A DNA stretch of 60,329 bases, taken from contig JBEIJY010000012.1 in assembly GCA_040380025.1 (NCBI GenBank), positions 1 to 60,329 on the forward strand, given 5' to 3'. The translations under genes and the position numbers were made by a program. Below are positions 1 through 8,610 of this stretch, piece after piece. Numbering within the stretch: the stretch's first letter is position 1; each line of letters begins with the position of its first letter. Origin of the DNA: Bdellovibrionales bacterium. GTDB lineage: Bacteria > Bdellovibrionota > UBA1018 > CAIMNF01. Below the pieces are notes generated by a model. The model was not told the DNA's origin and made no database searches. It saw nothing but the letters and a program-made list of their open reading frames with translations.

Positions 1-121
1 AGCCGGGTCCTCCGGCCTCGCTTTCGCCATCCTGGCTCGCGAGAGTCGGCAAAACCTTTTTGTTTCCCAGCCCCTTTCCCAAACCACCGTACTAATCAGG
101 AACACTCAAAGGGGGCAGTTT
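1..121. repeat. Hairpin element copy E1 (left part truncated by window start)
   Basis: Core CCGGCCTCGCTTTCGCCATCCTGGCTCGCGAGAGTCGGCAAAA at ~12-54 and right terminus AACACTCAAAGGGGGCAGTTT ending at 121, both matching the other copies. Confidence 0.85.
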
Positions 122-187
122 GTGCGTGACTCGATCCGTTGCAACTAAATCCTTGCAACTCGAAGCACAGAGGATTATTCACGAATC

Positions 188-1285
188 ATGCCCAAAATCT
201 CGAAGTTTCTGGTCCTTTTCGCGCTGCTTCCCGGTGCGGCCGGAGCAGGCCCCTTCACTCCCGCGGATCTCCCCGATCTCGTCGACCGGGTCGCTCCGTC
301 GACCGTGCACATCTCGACCCGACTCGATCAGCGCCGGCAGTTCCGGATGCAAGGATGGGGCGACTTTTACCAATTCTTCGGCATCCCCGAGGGACAAGAA
401 AACGGCTCTCTCGGCACGGGCTTCATCATCGATCCGACCGGCACGGTGATCACGAATTTTCATGTGGTGGAACAAGCGGCCGAGAACAGTGCCGTCGAGA
501 TCGCCATCACGCTCCGGGACAAACGCCAGTTCGGCGCGCGAATCATCGGCAAAGACCCGAAAACCGACATCGCGCTTCTGCAGATCCAGGACAAGAACGG
601 ACGCCCCCCGGCCATGTTGCTTCCAGCGCGTCTTGGTGACTCCGACAAGGTCCGGATCGGCGAACCCGTCGTTGCGATCGGAAACCCCTTCGGCCTCGAT
701 TACTCGGTTTCGGCCGGAATCATCTCTTCAAAAAACCGGAACATCGGACAAGGCCCCTTTGACAACTACCTGCAGACCGATGCGGCGATCAACCCGGGCA
801 ACAGCGGCGGTCCGCTCTTCAACACCCGGGGCGAGGTCATCGGGATCAACTCGGCGATCTTCAGCCGTTCAGGCCAATTCGGCGGCATCGGCTTTGCGAT
901 CCCGATCAATGACGGAAAAAGCATTCTCGAGACGCTGAAGCGCTTCGGCCGCGTCCCGCGCCCTTGGCTCGGTGTGATCACCCGGCAAGTCACCCCCACC
1001 CTCTCCTTCATGTACCAGTTACCGGTCGATCAGGGACTCCTCATCGTGAACCTCGTGCAATCCGCACCCGCCAACCGGCAGGGTCTCCGCGCCGGCGACA
1101 TCATTGTCGAGCTGAACGACAAATCCGTCCGGGACCAGACCGAAGTCGAGCGCGAGCTTTCCAAGCTGAAGCCCATGGACTCGGCCCGACTCAAAATTCA
1201 AAGAGGGATGCGAAGAATCCCGGTTACAGTGAAGCTCGAGGAATTCCCCCCGGGCCTGAACCGCGTGCGCGAAGGAGTGCTCTGA
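188..1285 (+). CDS. htrA: HtrA/DegP-family serine protease with one PDZ domain and signal peptide
   Basis: Motifs TNFHVV, TDIALL, QTDAAINPGNSGGPL; C-terminal PDZ (WLGV...GLRAGDII). Confidence 0.93.
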   Translation: MPKISKFLVLFALLPGAAGAGPFTPADLPDLVDRVAPSTVHISTRLDQRRQFRMQGWGDFYQFFGIPEGQENGSLGTGFIIDPTGTVITNFHVVEQAAENSAVEIAITLRDKRQFGARIIGKDPKTDIALLQIQDKNGRPPAMLLPARLGDSDKVRIGEPVVAIGNPFGLDYSVSAGIISSKNRNIGQGPFDNYLQTDAAINPGNSGGPLFNTRGEVIGINSAIFSRSGQFGGIGFAIPINDGKSILETLKRFGRVPRPWLGVITRQVTPTLSFMYQLPVDQGLLIVNLVQSAPANRQGLRAGDIIVELNDKSVRDQTEVERELSKLKPMDSARLKIQRGMRRIPVTVKLEEFPPGLNRVREGVL

Positions 1286-1287
1286 CC

Positions 1288-1962
1288 ATGAAACCCGAAA
1301 AACGGATCCGGAATCAAAAAAACACCGCAAAACCGGTTGATTTGCCACTCGATTTCCTGAAGCTCGTCGACGAGACGATCACCCAGGCGCTCGAGCCTGG
1401 ACTCATCGAGCTCCGCAAGATCCATCCCGAATCGGGGTTCCAGTCGAGCGGATCGGTCTTTGGTGATGAGCTTTTGTTGTCGATCTCGCTCACCCACGGC
1501 ACGCAGATCCTTCATGCCACCACGGTGCATGCGAGTGTCGACTACGATCCAAACCGCGAGACTCCGAGCATCAATGATCTTCTTGCGATGTGCGTGGATA
1601 CGGCGGGGATTGTGTTCCAGCATTACCTCGACCCCGGCTTCCCCGAACGAATCGCCCGGATCGCCGAGAGCTCGCTCGGGGCGCTCGAAGAGGCCCCGTT
1701 CGAGTGGAGCGCGATTCCCGCTCCAGAGGCCAAGGGCGTGGTCGTCCATGTGAAGATCGACAAATCAAATCCCGTACTCGATCGTCTCGCCGAGGAATGG
1801 TTGCAGAAGAATGACCCGGCTCGCGCCAAAACAGGCGAAGCCGGAGCCGAGGCCCGGATCGAAGCGGCCGAGGATTTTCTGGAAGAGCGGATTGAAGCGA
1901 TCCGCGCGGCGAAATCCGGTTCCGGCGGAATCCCGGGCGGCAACGGTCCGATCCGGCACTGA
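1288..1962 (+). CDS. Hypothetical protein (probable start ATG 1288, MKPEKRIRN...)
   Basis: 3' part of ORF 964..1962; ATG 2 nt after the htrA stop; normal protein composition. Confidence 0.75.
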   Translation: MKPEKRIRNQKNTAKPVDLPLDFLKLVDETITQALEPGLIELRKIHPESGFQSSGSVFGDELLLSISLTHGTQILHATTVHASVDYDPNRETPSINDLLAMCVDTAGIVFQHYLDPGFPERIARIAESSLGALEEAPFEWSAIPAPEAKGVVVHVKIDKSNPVLDRLAEEWLQKNDPARAKTGEAGAEARIEAAEDFLEERIEAIRAAKSGSGGIPGGNGPIRH

Positions 1963-1967
1963 TCGCA

Positions 1968-2166
1968 CGACGCCCCCGGTTGATTGTGCTTGGTTATGAT
2001 GCGGGATCGGCAGAGGCGGGTGGGTTGATTCGGTTTTTGCCGACTCTCGCGAGCCAGGATGGCGAGAGCGAGGCCGGACGATCCGGCTCGGAGGCATAAA
2101 CGGAATCAATCCACCCGCCTCTGCCGATCCCGCATCATAACCAAGCACAATCAAAGTGTGCCGCAC
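1968..2166. repeat. Hairpin element copy E2 (core in reverse orientation), between convergent genes
   Basis: ~62-bp arms, starting TTGATTGTGC at 1980 and ending GCACAATCAA at 2154, with 3 mismatches; they enclose the conserved core. Confidence 0.95.
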
Positions 2167-2170
2167 GCGA

Positions 2171-2917
2171 TCAGTAATCGGTATCGTCGAAGCCTTCGTC
2201 TTCCTTGCGAATGCTTCCGATCAGGGAATCGATCGAATCGCCGTCGTATTCGAGCTCGTCGATCGATTCGTCGAGTTCGAGATCATGAATCACCTTGGTG
2301 AAGTTCACCTCGGTCGAGAGGTCCTGGCGGATCACCTCGATGTATTTCTCGGGGTACTTGCTGACCAGCTCTTCGATGTACTGGTTCAGCTTTCCTTCCT
2401 TCAGGATCATCTCCTTGCGTTTGATCTTCTTCCAGTTCTTGATGTAATCGAGCCGGCAGTAGCCCTTGGTGGTGGGAGGGTTCTCGCATCCTGCCTCCCG
2501 GCAACCGCGATCGGAGTGCATCGACACGCCCGCAGGAGTCATGGGCGCCGGGCTCTTCCCCTTGGCCTTTCCTTTGGCGGCGGAGGCAACAGCAGGCGAT
2601 GCGGGCATCGGCTTCGGAGCAGGTTTGAGTTCCTTTTGAGGCACCGGCTTCGGCGCCGGTTTAGGAGCGGGCTTATCGGTCTTGGGGTGAGGGATCTTGG
2701 ATGTGGGTTTCAATTGCTTCCCTTGAGTCTTTGCAGAAGGTTTGGTGGCGGCGCCCTGCCCCTTGCCGACGGGAGGCGACTTGGTTTTGGGCTTTTGTTT
2801 GTTGCTTTTCGCCCCCATGGCCTTGACGATCCCCTTGGCAATCCGAGTGACCCGGTTCAGAACGGGGGTCTGCTTCGGGGTGGACTTTTTCTGGATTGGT
2901 TTTGCCTTTTTCGCCAT
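2171..2917 (-). CDS. Hypothetical protein: Lys/Pro/Ala-rich N-terminus, Cys-containing conserved-looking C-terminal domain, acidic tail
   Basis: ORF 2171..2926 with likely ATG at 2917 (MAKKAKP); CREAGC...GYCRLDYIKNWKKIKRKE. Confidence 0.75.
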   Translation of the reverse strand: MAKKAKPIQKKSTPKQTPVLNRVTRIAKGIVKAMGAKSNKQKPKTKSPPVGKGQGAATKPSAKTQGKQLKPTSKIPHPKTDKPAPKPAPKPVPQKELKPAPKPMPASPAVASAAKGKAKGKSPAPMTPAGVSMHSDRGCREAGCENPPTTKGYCRLDYIKNWKKIKRKEMILKEGKLNQYIEELVSKYPEKYIEVIRQDLSTEVNFTKVIHDLELDESIDELEYDGDSIDSLIGSIRKEDEGFDDTDY

Positions 2918-3059
2918 GGTTTTCATTTCCCTTTGATTCCGTCCCCAGTCCTGTTTTCGTGCCTTATTCTACAACTTGCGTCAAGCTTTTTCTTGACAAG
3001 GACAGGGTTTTGATCGAACGTCTATCCTCTAATTTTACACGATGAAAGGGTAAGATCCA

Positions 3060-3272
3060 ATGGCAGTTCCTAAGAAGAAAGTATCCCGCAGCCGCAGAAA
3101 CCAGCGCCGCTACTCCGCAGCTTACCAGCTCGATCCGATTTCCGAGACCACCTGTGCCTTCACCCAGAGCCCGGTGCGCTCCCACACGGTTTCGATCAAG
3201 GCGATCAAAGAAGGCCTGTACGAGCCCCGCGCCAAGACGGCAAAGAGCAAAGCGACCGGCGCCCAGGCTTGA
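3060..3272 (+). CDS. rpmF: 50S ribosomal protein L32 (lacks CxxC pairs)
   Basis: MAVPKKKVSRSRRNQRR N-terminus; lies upstream of the fab genes. Confidence 0.92.
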   Translation: MAVPKKKVSRSRRNQRRYSAAYQLDPISETTCAFTQSPVRSHTVSIKAIKEGLYEPRAKTAKSKATGAQA

Positions 3273-3312
3273 TGCCAGGGCCGCTCTTTCAAAACTGAAT
3301 CAAATCAAATCT

Positions 3313-3351
3313 CCCGGGGGGACCGTATCAGGATCCTCCGGGTTTTTTTTT
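3313..3351 (+). terminator. Probable intrinsic terminator after rpmF
   Basis: CCCGGGGGGACC...GGATCCTCCGGG stem followed by T9. Confidence 0.6.
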
Positions 3352-3362
3352 GGAGACATCGA

Positions 3363-4379
3363 ATGAGTGCAGGATTTTTTCCTGGCCAGGGTTCCCAGCA
3401 AGTGGGAATGGGCCGGCAGTTTTACGATGAGTTCACTGTGTTCCGCCAAACCATCGAGGAGGCATCAGACTCGCTCGGAATGAACCTCCGGGGGCTCCTG
3501 TTCGACGGTCCCGAGTCCGAGCTGACCTTGACCGAGAACGCCCAGCCCGCGATTCTGGCCGTTTCGGTGGGTTGCTTCCGCGTGGCCGAGCAAGAGCTCG
3601 GTCTCAAGACCCGCGTGAATCTCGGCCATTCCCTGGGCGAGTATTCGGCCTTGGTGGCCTGCGAGGCGATTCCGTTCGCAAACGCCGTCTCGTGGGTTCG
3701 TGCCCGCGGCCAGGCCATGCAAAGAGCGGTACCGGTCGGCGAAGGAACCATGAGCGCGGTGATCGGCGCAGAAGACTCCCAGATCGAGGAGTGGTGCCGA
3801 ATCGCAACCGAAACCGCGAGCGCAAACCGCAAAGAAAAGGGCTTGAACTCTCCGGCAAACGCGCCCGCCCGCTCCACCGTCGAGCCCGCGAACTTCAATG
3901 CTCCGGGGCAAGTAGTGGTGTCCGGATCAGTGGACGCAATCGAAGTGCTCGAAAAAAACATCCAAGCCATGGGAATCCGCGGCGTGCTGATGAAGCGCCT
4001 CTCGGTGAGTGCGCCCTTTCACAGCTCGCTCATGAAGCCCGCGCGCACCGTGATGGAGGGGATTTTCGAGGACGCAAAAAAAGAAGGCCTGCTCTCGCCT
4101 CTGCAAACTCCGTACATTCCGAACCGCACGGCGAAGATCACAAGCGAACAGGGCGTGGTGTTTCCGCTCCTCTCTGAGCAAGTCGATCACTCCGTTCTCT
4201 GGAAGCAAAGCGTGGAGACCCTGATCGGATCAGGATCGAAGGTGGCCTTCGAGTTCGGACCCGGCAAGGTCCTGCAAGGTCTCGCCAAGAGAATCGCGAA
4301 AAACCTCGACACCGGTTTCGAAACCTATCCGGTTTATGACCTCGAGAGCCTGAAAACCGCACAAGGAGCCGCAAAATGA
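3363..4379 (+). CDS. fabD: Malonyl-CoA:ACP transacylase
   Basis: FPGQGSQ, GHSLGEYSAL, VSAPFHS motifs. Confidence 0.97.
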   Translation: MSAGFFPGQGSQQVGMGRQFYDEFTVFRQTIEEASDSLGMNLRGLLFDGPESELTLTENAQPAILAVSVGCFRVAEQELGLKTRVNLGHSLGEYSALVACEAIPFANAVSWVRARGQAMQRAVPVGEGTMSAVIGAEDSQIEEWCRIATETASANRKEKGLNSPANAPARSTVEPANFNAPGQVVVSGSVDAIEVLEKNIQAMGIRGVLMKRLSVSAPFHSSLMKPARTVMEGIFEDAKKEGLLSPLQTPYIPNRTAKITSEQGVVFPLLSEQVDHSVLWKQSVETLIGSGSKVAFEFGPGKVLQGLAKRIAKNLDTGFETYPVYDLESLKTAQGAAK

Positions 4380-5119
4380 ACCAAGCAAAACCCCTCGCCC
4401 TCGTCACCGGCGCTTCGCGCGGCATCGGATCCGGCATCGCCGAAAAACTCGGATCGATGGGATTCCATGTTCTGGTGAACTACGTGTCGCAAGAGGGCCG
4501 TGCGATCGAAGTCGTGAAGAAAATCGAAGCCGCGGGCGGGAGCGCCGAACCGCTCCGCTTTGATGTCTCGAAAGAAGAAGAGATTGTCGCCGCCTTCGAA
4601 GGGATCGCCAAAAAAGGAGTGCCCCTTGCGGTACTCGTGAACAACGCGGGAATCAGCGAGGACGGGCTCATCCTCCGCATGAAGAAGGAATCGCTCGATC
4701 GTACTTTGCAAACGAACCTGGTCTCGGCGGTGCTTTGCTCGCGAGAAGCTGCAAAGCTCATGATGAAGGCCCGCTCGGGCTCGATCATCCAGATCTCCTC
4801 GGTGGTCGGAGAAATGGGGAATGCCGGGCAGGTCGCCTATGCGGCCGCGAAAGCCGGCATGATCGGACTCACGAAGAGCCTCGCAAAAGAGCTCGCCTCG
4901 CGCCAGATCCGCGTGAATGCCGTGACTCCGGGCTACATCGAGACCGACATGACCGGTGCGTTGAATGACGTGCAAAAAAAGGCCATCACCGACAACATCC
5001 CGCTCGGAAAACTCGGCCGGACAACGGATGTGGCTGAATTGGTGGGATTTTTGGCATCTCCCGCCTCGCAGTACATCACGGGCCAGGTCATCGGGGTGAA
5101 TGGCGGTCTTTACATTTGA
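4376..5119 (+). CDS. fabG: 3-oxoacyl-ACP reductase
   Basis: TGASRGIG, NNAGI, YAAAK SDR motifs; fab operon context. Confidence 0.96.
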   Translation: MNQAKPLALVTGASRGIGSGIAEKLGSMGFHVLVNYVSQEGRAIEVVKKIEAAGGSAEPLRFDVSKEEEIVAAFEGIAKKGVPLAVLVNNAGISEDGLILRMKKESLDRTLQTNLVSAVLCSREAAKLMMKARSGSIIQISSVVGEMGNAGQVAYAAAKAGMIGLTKSLAKELASRQIRVNAVTPGYIETDMTGALNDVQKKAITDNIPLGKLGRTTDVAELVGFLASPASQYITGQVIGVNGGLYI

Positions 5120-5173
5120 CCGGATGCAAGCTAGCGTAACCACGAAATATCCAACGTTTAAGGAGAGACAGCA

Positions 5174-5422
5174 ATGTCAGCAAACACAGAAGACAGAGTC
5201 CGTTCGATTATCTGCGACCAGCTCGCGGTTGAAGCCGAAAAAGTGAAGCCTGCGGCTTCGTTCATCGAAGACCTCGGCGCAGACAGCCTCGACATCGTCG
5301 AGCTCGTGATGACCATGGAAGAAGAGTTCGACATGGACATCCCCGACGAGGAAGCCGAAAAAATGAAGACCGTGGGTGATGTGATCAACTACATCAACGC
5401 CAAGGCCAGCGCGAACCACTGA
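5174..5422 (+). CDS. acpP: Acyl carrier protein
   Basis: [14 protein letters not shown] phosphopantetheine attachment motif. Confidence 0.97.
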   Translation: MSANTEDRVRSIICDQLAVEAEKVKPAASFIEDLGADSLDIVELVMTMEEEFDMDIPDEEAEKMKTVGDVINYINAKASANH

Positions 5423-5443
5423 GTTCCCGCCTGTTCGATTTTT

Positions 5444-5484
5444 TGAAAAAAGCCGCATCCCTCCTCGGGGTGCGGCTTTTTTCA
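5444..5484. terminator. Bidirectional intrinsic terminator between acpP and the convergent large gene
   Basis: TGAAAAAAGCCGCATCCC...GGGTGCGGCTTTTTTCA, with A and T tracts on both sides. Confidence 0.85.
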
Positions 5485-5521
5485 TGATTTTTCACTTTCT
5501 CCCGGTTTTTCACCGGGCACC

Positions 5522-8500
5522 TTATTTTCGGGTCCGGATCAGACGGAATCCGAGTTTCCAACTCGAAGCGGAACGGGTTCCGGCATCGGCATCTTGGATC
5601 CACTCCGCAACTGAGACCGACGGATCATTCGCCCGGAACCGGCCGATTTTTTCGACCACGGGGACTCCGGCCTTGTACCGGATCAGCAGATCCTGCTCGA
5701 CCCGAGTGGGAAGCCTGTACTGAAACAGCGGATCCGCGGCGTTCAGGTTTGTCAGGAATTGCTGGACGTCATGCCACGAGACATTGACGATTCTGGGCCC
5801 CGCAAGAACCTTCGATTCGGACCAAAGATCGAACGCCGGCATCCTCGCACCGGCCGATCCCGATCCCATCACCAGTCTCCATTGAAGCTCGGTCACGGTA
5901 CGACTTTGCACCTCGAACTCCCCCCCCGCACCGATCGCGCGGTGGAACTCAAAACTTTCGCGGGTGCCTTGCTCCAAAAGGAACTCCTCCACGCCTCGCT
6001 TTTTTGCGATCGCGCGAAACACGGGCAGAGCGGTTTTTTCAGAAAAATATTCCAAAACAGCACGTTCCTGTTCCGCAGGTATCCGCTTCAACCATGAAAG
6101 GAACCCTGCTCCGGGAACACCGATCAAGGAAATCAAAAACTCGGACTTCTCCCCGACAGCAATCCGGGGGTTCTCAATCCATGCCGAGAGTTCCCGCAGA
6201 AAACCCGTTTGGGTGTCGTCGGCGGTACCGAGGAGTTGATGATACAGTTTCATAAGGGAGGTTCCCGCGATCGCCTGAGCATGCCTTTCCCGGATCCCGT
6301 TCAGACGTACCAGATGGACTCCGAGTTCGAAGGCTTCTGCTGCTTCATGAAACAACAACTCCGAGAGACCCCGTTCGACCTGCAAGTCGTCCGTCCCCCA
6401 GTGGTGATGAAAATGCGAGGTCGCAAGCCGGAACAGATCGGCACGCACCCCGGCGCCCCACTGGGTTCGTAAAAGAGGCAAAAACTCATCGACCGTGCCC
6501 GAGGACACTGCCCACTTCAAGTTCTCCAAAAGATCGAGCAGCTCGGAATCCGCCCATTCCCGGCGCTGCAAAAGCCCCGGAAGAATGCCCCTGACCTCGG
6601 TCTCAAAACCGGTGTTCCAAGGAAGATCCGCAAGATAAGGACCAACCAAGGCATTCACAATCGCAGTACGGTGCCGGAAGCGTACGAGAAGCTGCTGGAT
6701 CAACCGGGGGTCCCCTGTTTCGATCTGCTCGAAATACCGGGGCGTATCGAGGAGATTCTGGATCACCGTCACCTGCTCCGCAGGGTTGAAATAATCAAGA
6801 AGCGCCGGAAGCGACTGCTCCCCGTTTGACCACATTTCGATCAAAACCTGCTTTCTGACCTTGAAGTCCACAGCCGGATCACGCATCCAATCTTGCAAAA
6901 TCCGATCAAAATCAGGATCGATCGTGAGGCCTCTTTGGCGCATGACCATCATCAGCACGACATATTTGATTTGGTCTCCGGAATTACCGTGCTTCAGGGA
7001 AACCGCGGTCCTCATGAACTCCCCGGAGGAGATCTCGTCGAGCGTCCAGGATTGCACGACCTCTCCCGGCCTCAGTTTGATGGCCGCGGATTCGTTCATC
7101 GGAAGAACTTCGTGGCAATCGAGATTGAGGAATGCTCGCGAAAAATCCCGTTCTCTCGGGTCGCGGAACGGATATCCGTTCGGACGCGGCTCGAAGGAAT
7201 GAATCACGGTCTCTCCGACCCGGATGCGATGGGGAATCGCAGCCACCACTTCACCCTGATTCGAGATGGCCATGGGCACTACTCCAAGATCGGAGGGAAG
7301 GGCGAGACGGAAGCCCTTCTCGGCAACCGACCGGCGGACCCCCTCGATCATGGGAGCGAGATCCTCCACGGAAATGCCCTGGATCTTGTCCAAAAACGCC
7401 ACCGGAACGGCATTGCCACCCGGCCCGATTCCCGAACCCAGAACCACGCTCACCTGCCCCGAGGAGCTCCCGTTCGGATCGGTGATGGTGAAAAAATGAA
7501 ACTCCGGGTCGAGGCCGATTTTCGGAAATAACCGGGTCGAACAATCCCCGCCGATGCATCCGCGAAACGGCGACTCCATCAACGAAAGATGACGGACCGT
7601 GCGCTGGGTGAAGTCCTCGACACTTCCGCCCTCCAAGATACCGTCCTCGAGCACTGCGAGTGTTTCGAGAATCTGTTGCTCGGAGTGGGTTCCGGTGGCC
7701 TGATCGATGCGCATCCGGACCAGGAACGTCCGAAATCCCGATAACAGCCCCACCGATTTCAGGAATCGCTCCCGCTCCGCGAGAATTTTTCGATAGGCCT
7801 CGAGCCGCTTCATCCCATCCCGATCCAACAGCGCCTGTCGTGCCGTCGGATCGTGATAGCCGATCGAGTGCACCAAATCGACGATGGCCTGATTCCGCGC
7901 GGGCGTCTCGGGTTGCTGTTGCAAAAACCTGAACAACTTCAAAGCGCGGTACTTTCCTGTGACAAAATCGGCGAGAGGAAGCGGCTTCAGGAATTCTGCG
8001 GGAATTCTTGCTTCGAGGAACTTCGCAAAATCTCCGTCATTCCCGGGGCGATACTGTAAAATCTCTTTCCAAGGCTTCGGATTCTCGGCGATCCGGAACA
8101 GCCTTGCATGGCTCTGGCCGAAGGCCATCTTCTGGGCGGTGATGAACCGGTGCAAGGCATCGGTAACCGGATAGCTGATTTTGGCCATCGAGAGCTCGAA
8201 ATTCCGAAACGGTTCCTTGCGAAGATTCGGATGTGCAAGAAAGGCATCCATGATCTCCCGATCAAGCGCATTGGGCATGAGATACGTCGGATCTCCGAGA
8301 TACAGAATCCGGTAGAACTCGAACAAGTCCAACTGCTCAGGAGCCATGGGGGCGGGCAAGAAGCCGCGGGCGAAGAGAGCGGGCAAATCTTCGGCTTGTT
8401 TGGGGTTTGATCCGGGAACGAGCGGATCGAATCCGCCACTCAGCAGGCGATCGCAGGGGTTGTCGCCGTCCGCCGCTCGTGCCTGCGCGATGCCATTGGG

Positions 8501-8575
8501 GAAGGCAAGCACGGCCAGCAACCCCAGGATCCCGATCGTCCTACGAAAAAAGTAGATTTTCTCGAACCCTTGCAT
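5522..8575 (-). CDS. Large secreted protein, paralogue 1, with C-terminal FGE/SUMF1-like domain
   Basis: Likely ATG at 8575 (MQGFEKIY, then signal peptide); RHLSLMESPFRGCIGGDCST block; C-terminal VTELQWRLVMG...NVSWHDV...YRLPT...AEW...GFRL. Confidence 0.8.
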   Translation of the reverse strand: MQGFEKIYFFRRTIGILGLLAVLAFPNGIAQARAADGDNPCDRLLSGGFDPLVPGSNPKQAEDLPALFARGFLPAPMAPEQLDLFEFYRILYLGDPTYLMPNALDREIMDAFLAHPNLRKEPFRNFELSMAKISYPVTDALHRFITAQKMAFGQSHARLFRIAENPKPWKEILQYRPGNDGDFAKFLEARIPAEFLKPLPLADFVTGKYRALKLFRFLQQQPETPARNQAIVDLVHSIGYHDPTARQALLDRDGMKRLEAYRKILAERERFLKSVGLLSGFRTFLVRMRIDQATGTHSEQQILETLAVLEDGILEGGSVEDFTQRTVRHLSLMESPFRGCIGGDCSTRLFPKIGLDPEFHFFTITDPNGSSSGQVSVVLGSGIGPGGNAVPVAFLDKIQGISVEDLAPMIEGVRRSVAEKGFRLALPSDLGVVPMAISNQGEVVAAIPHRIRVGETVIHSFEPRPNGYPFRDPRERDFSRAFLNLDCHEVLPMNESAAIKLRPGEVVQSWTLDEISSGEFMRTAVSLKHGNSGDQIKYVVLMMVMRQRGLTIDPDFDRILQDWMRDPAVDFKVRKQVLIEMWSNGEQSLPALLDYFNPAEQVTVIQNLLDTPRYFEQIETGDPRLIQQLLVRFRHRTAIVNALVGPYLADLPWNTGFETEVRGILPGLLQRREWADSELLDLLENLKWAVSSGTVDEFLPLLRTQWGAGVRADLFRLATSHFHHHWGTDDLQVERGLSELLFHEAAEAFELGVHLVRLNGIRERHAQAIAGTSLMKLYHQLLGTADDTQTGFLRELSAWIENPRIAVGEKSEFLISLIGVPGAGFLSWLKRIPAEQERAVLEYFSEKTALPVFRAIAKKRGVEEFLLEQGTRESFEFHRAIGAGGEFEVQSRTVTELQWRLVMGSGSAGARMPAFDLWSESKVLAGPRIVNVSWHDVQQFLTNLNAADPLFQYRLPTRVEQDLLIRYKAGVPVVEKIGRFRANDPSVSVAEWIQDADAGTRSASSWKLGFRLIRTRK

Positions 8576-8585
8576 AGACGCGCGG

Positions 8586-8594
8586 ATTATAACA
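8586..8594 (-). promoter_or_regulatory. Possible extended -10 promoter (TGnTATAAT) for paralogue 1
   Basis: Minus strand reads TGTTATAAT, ~10 nt upstream of the ATG at 8575. Confidence 0.45.
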
Positions 8595-8610
8595 CATTGA
8601 GTCAAAAAAC

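Noticed and set aside
1968..2166. Hairpin elements as simple intrinsic terminators or tRNAs
   Set aside because: Stems of 35-60 bp, shared termini, fixed ~200-bp length and in-frame coding copies do not fit terminators. There is no cloverleaf or T-loop consensus.
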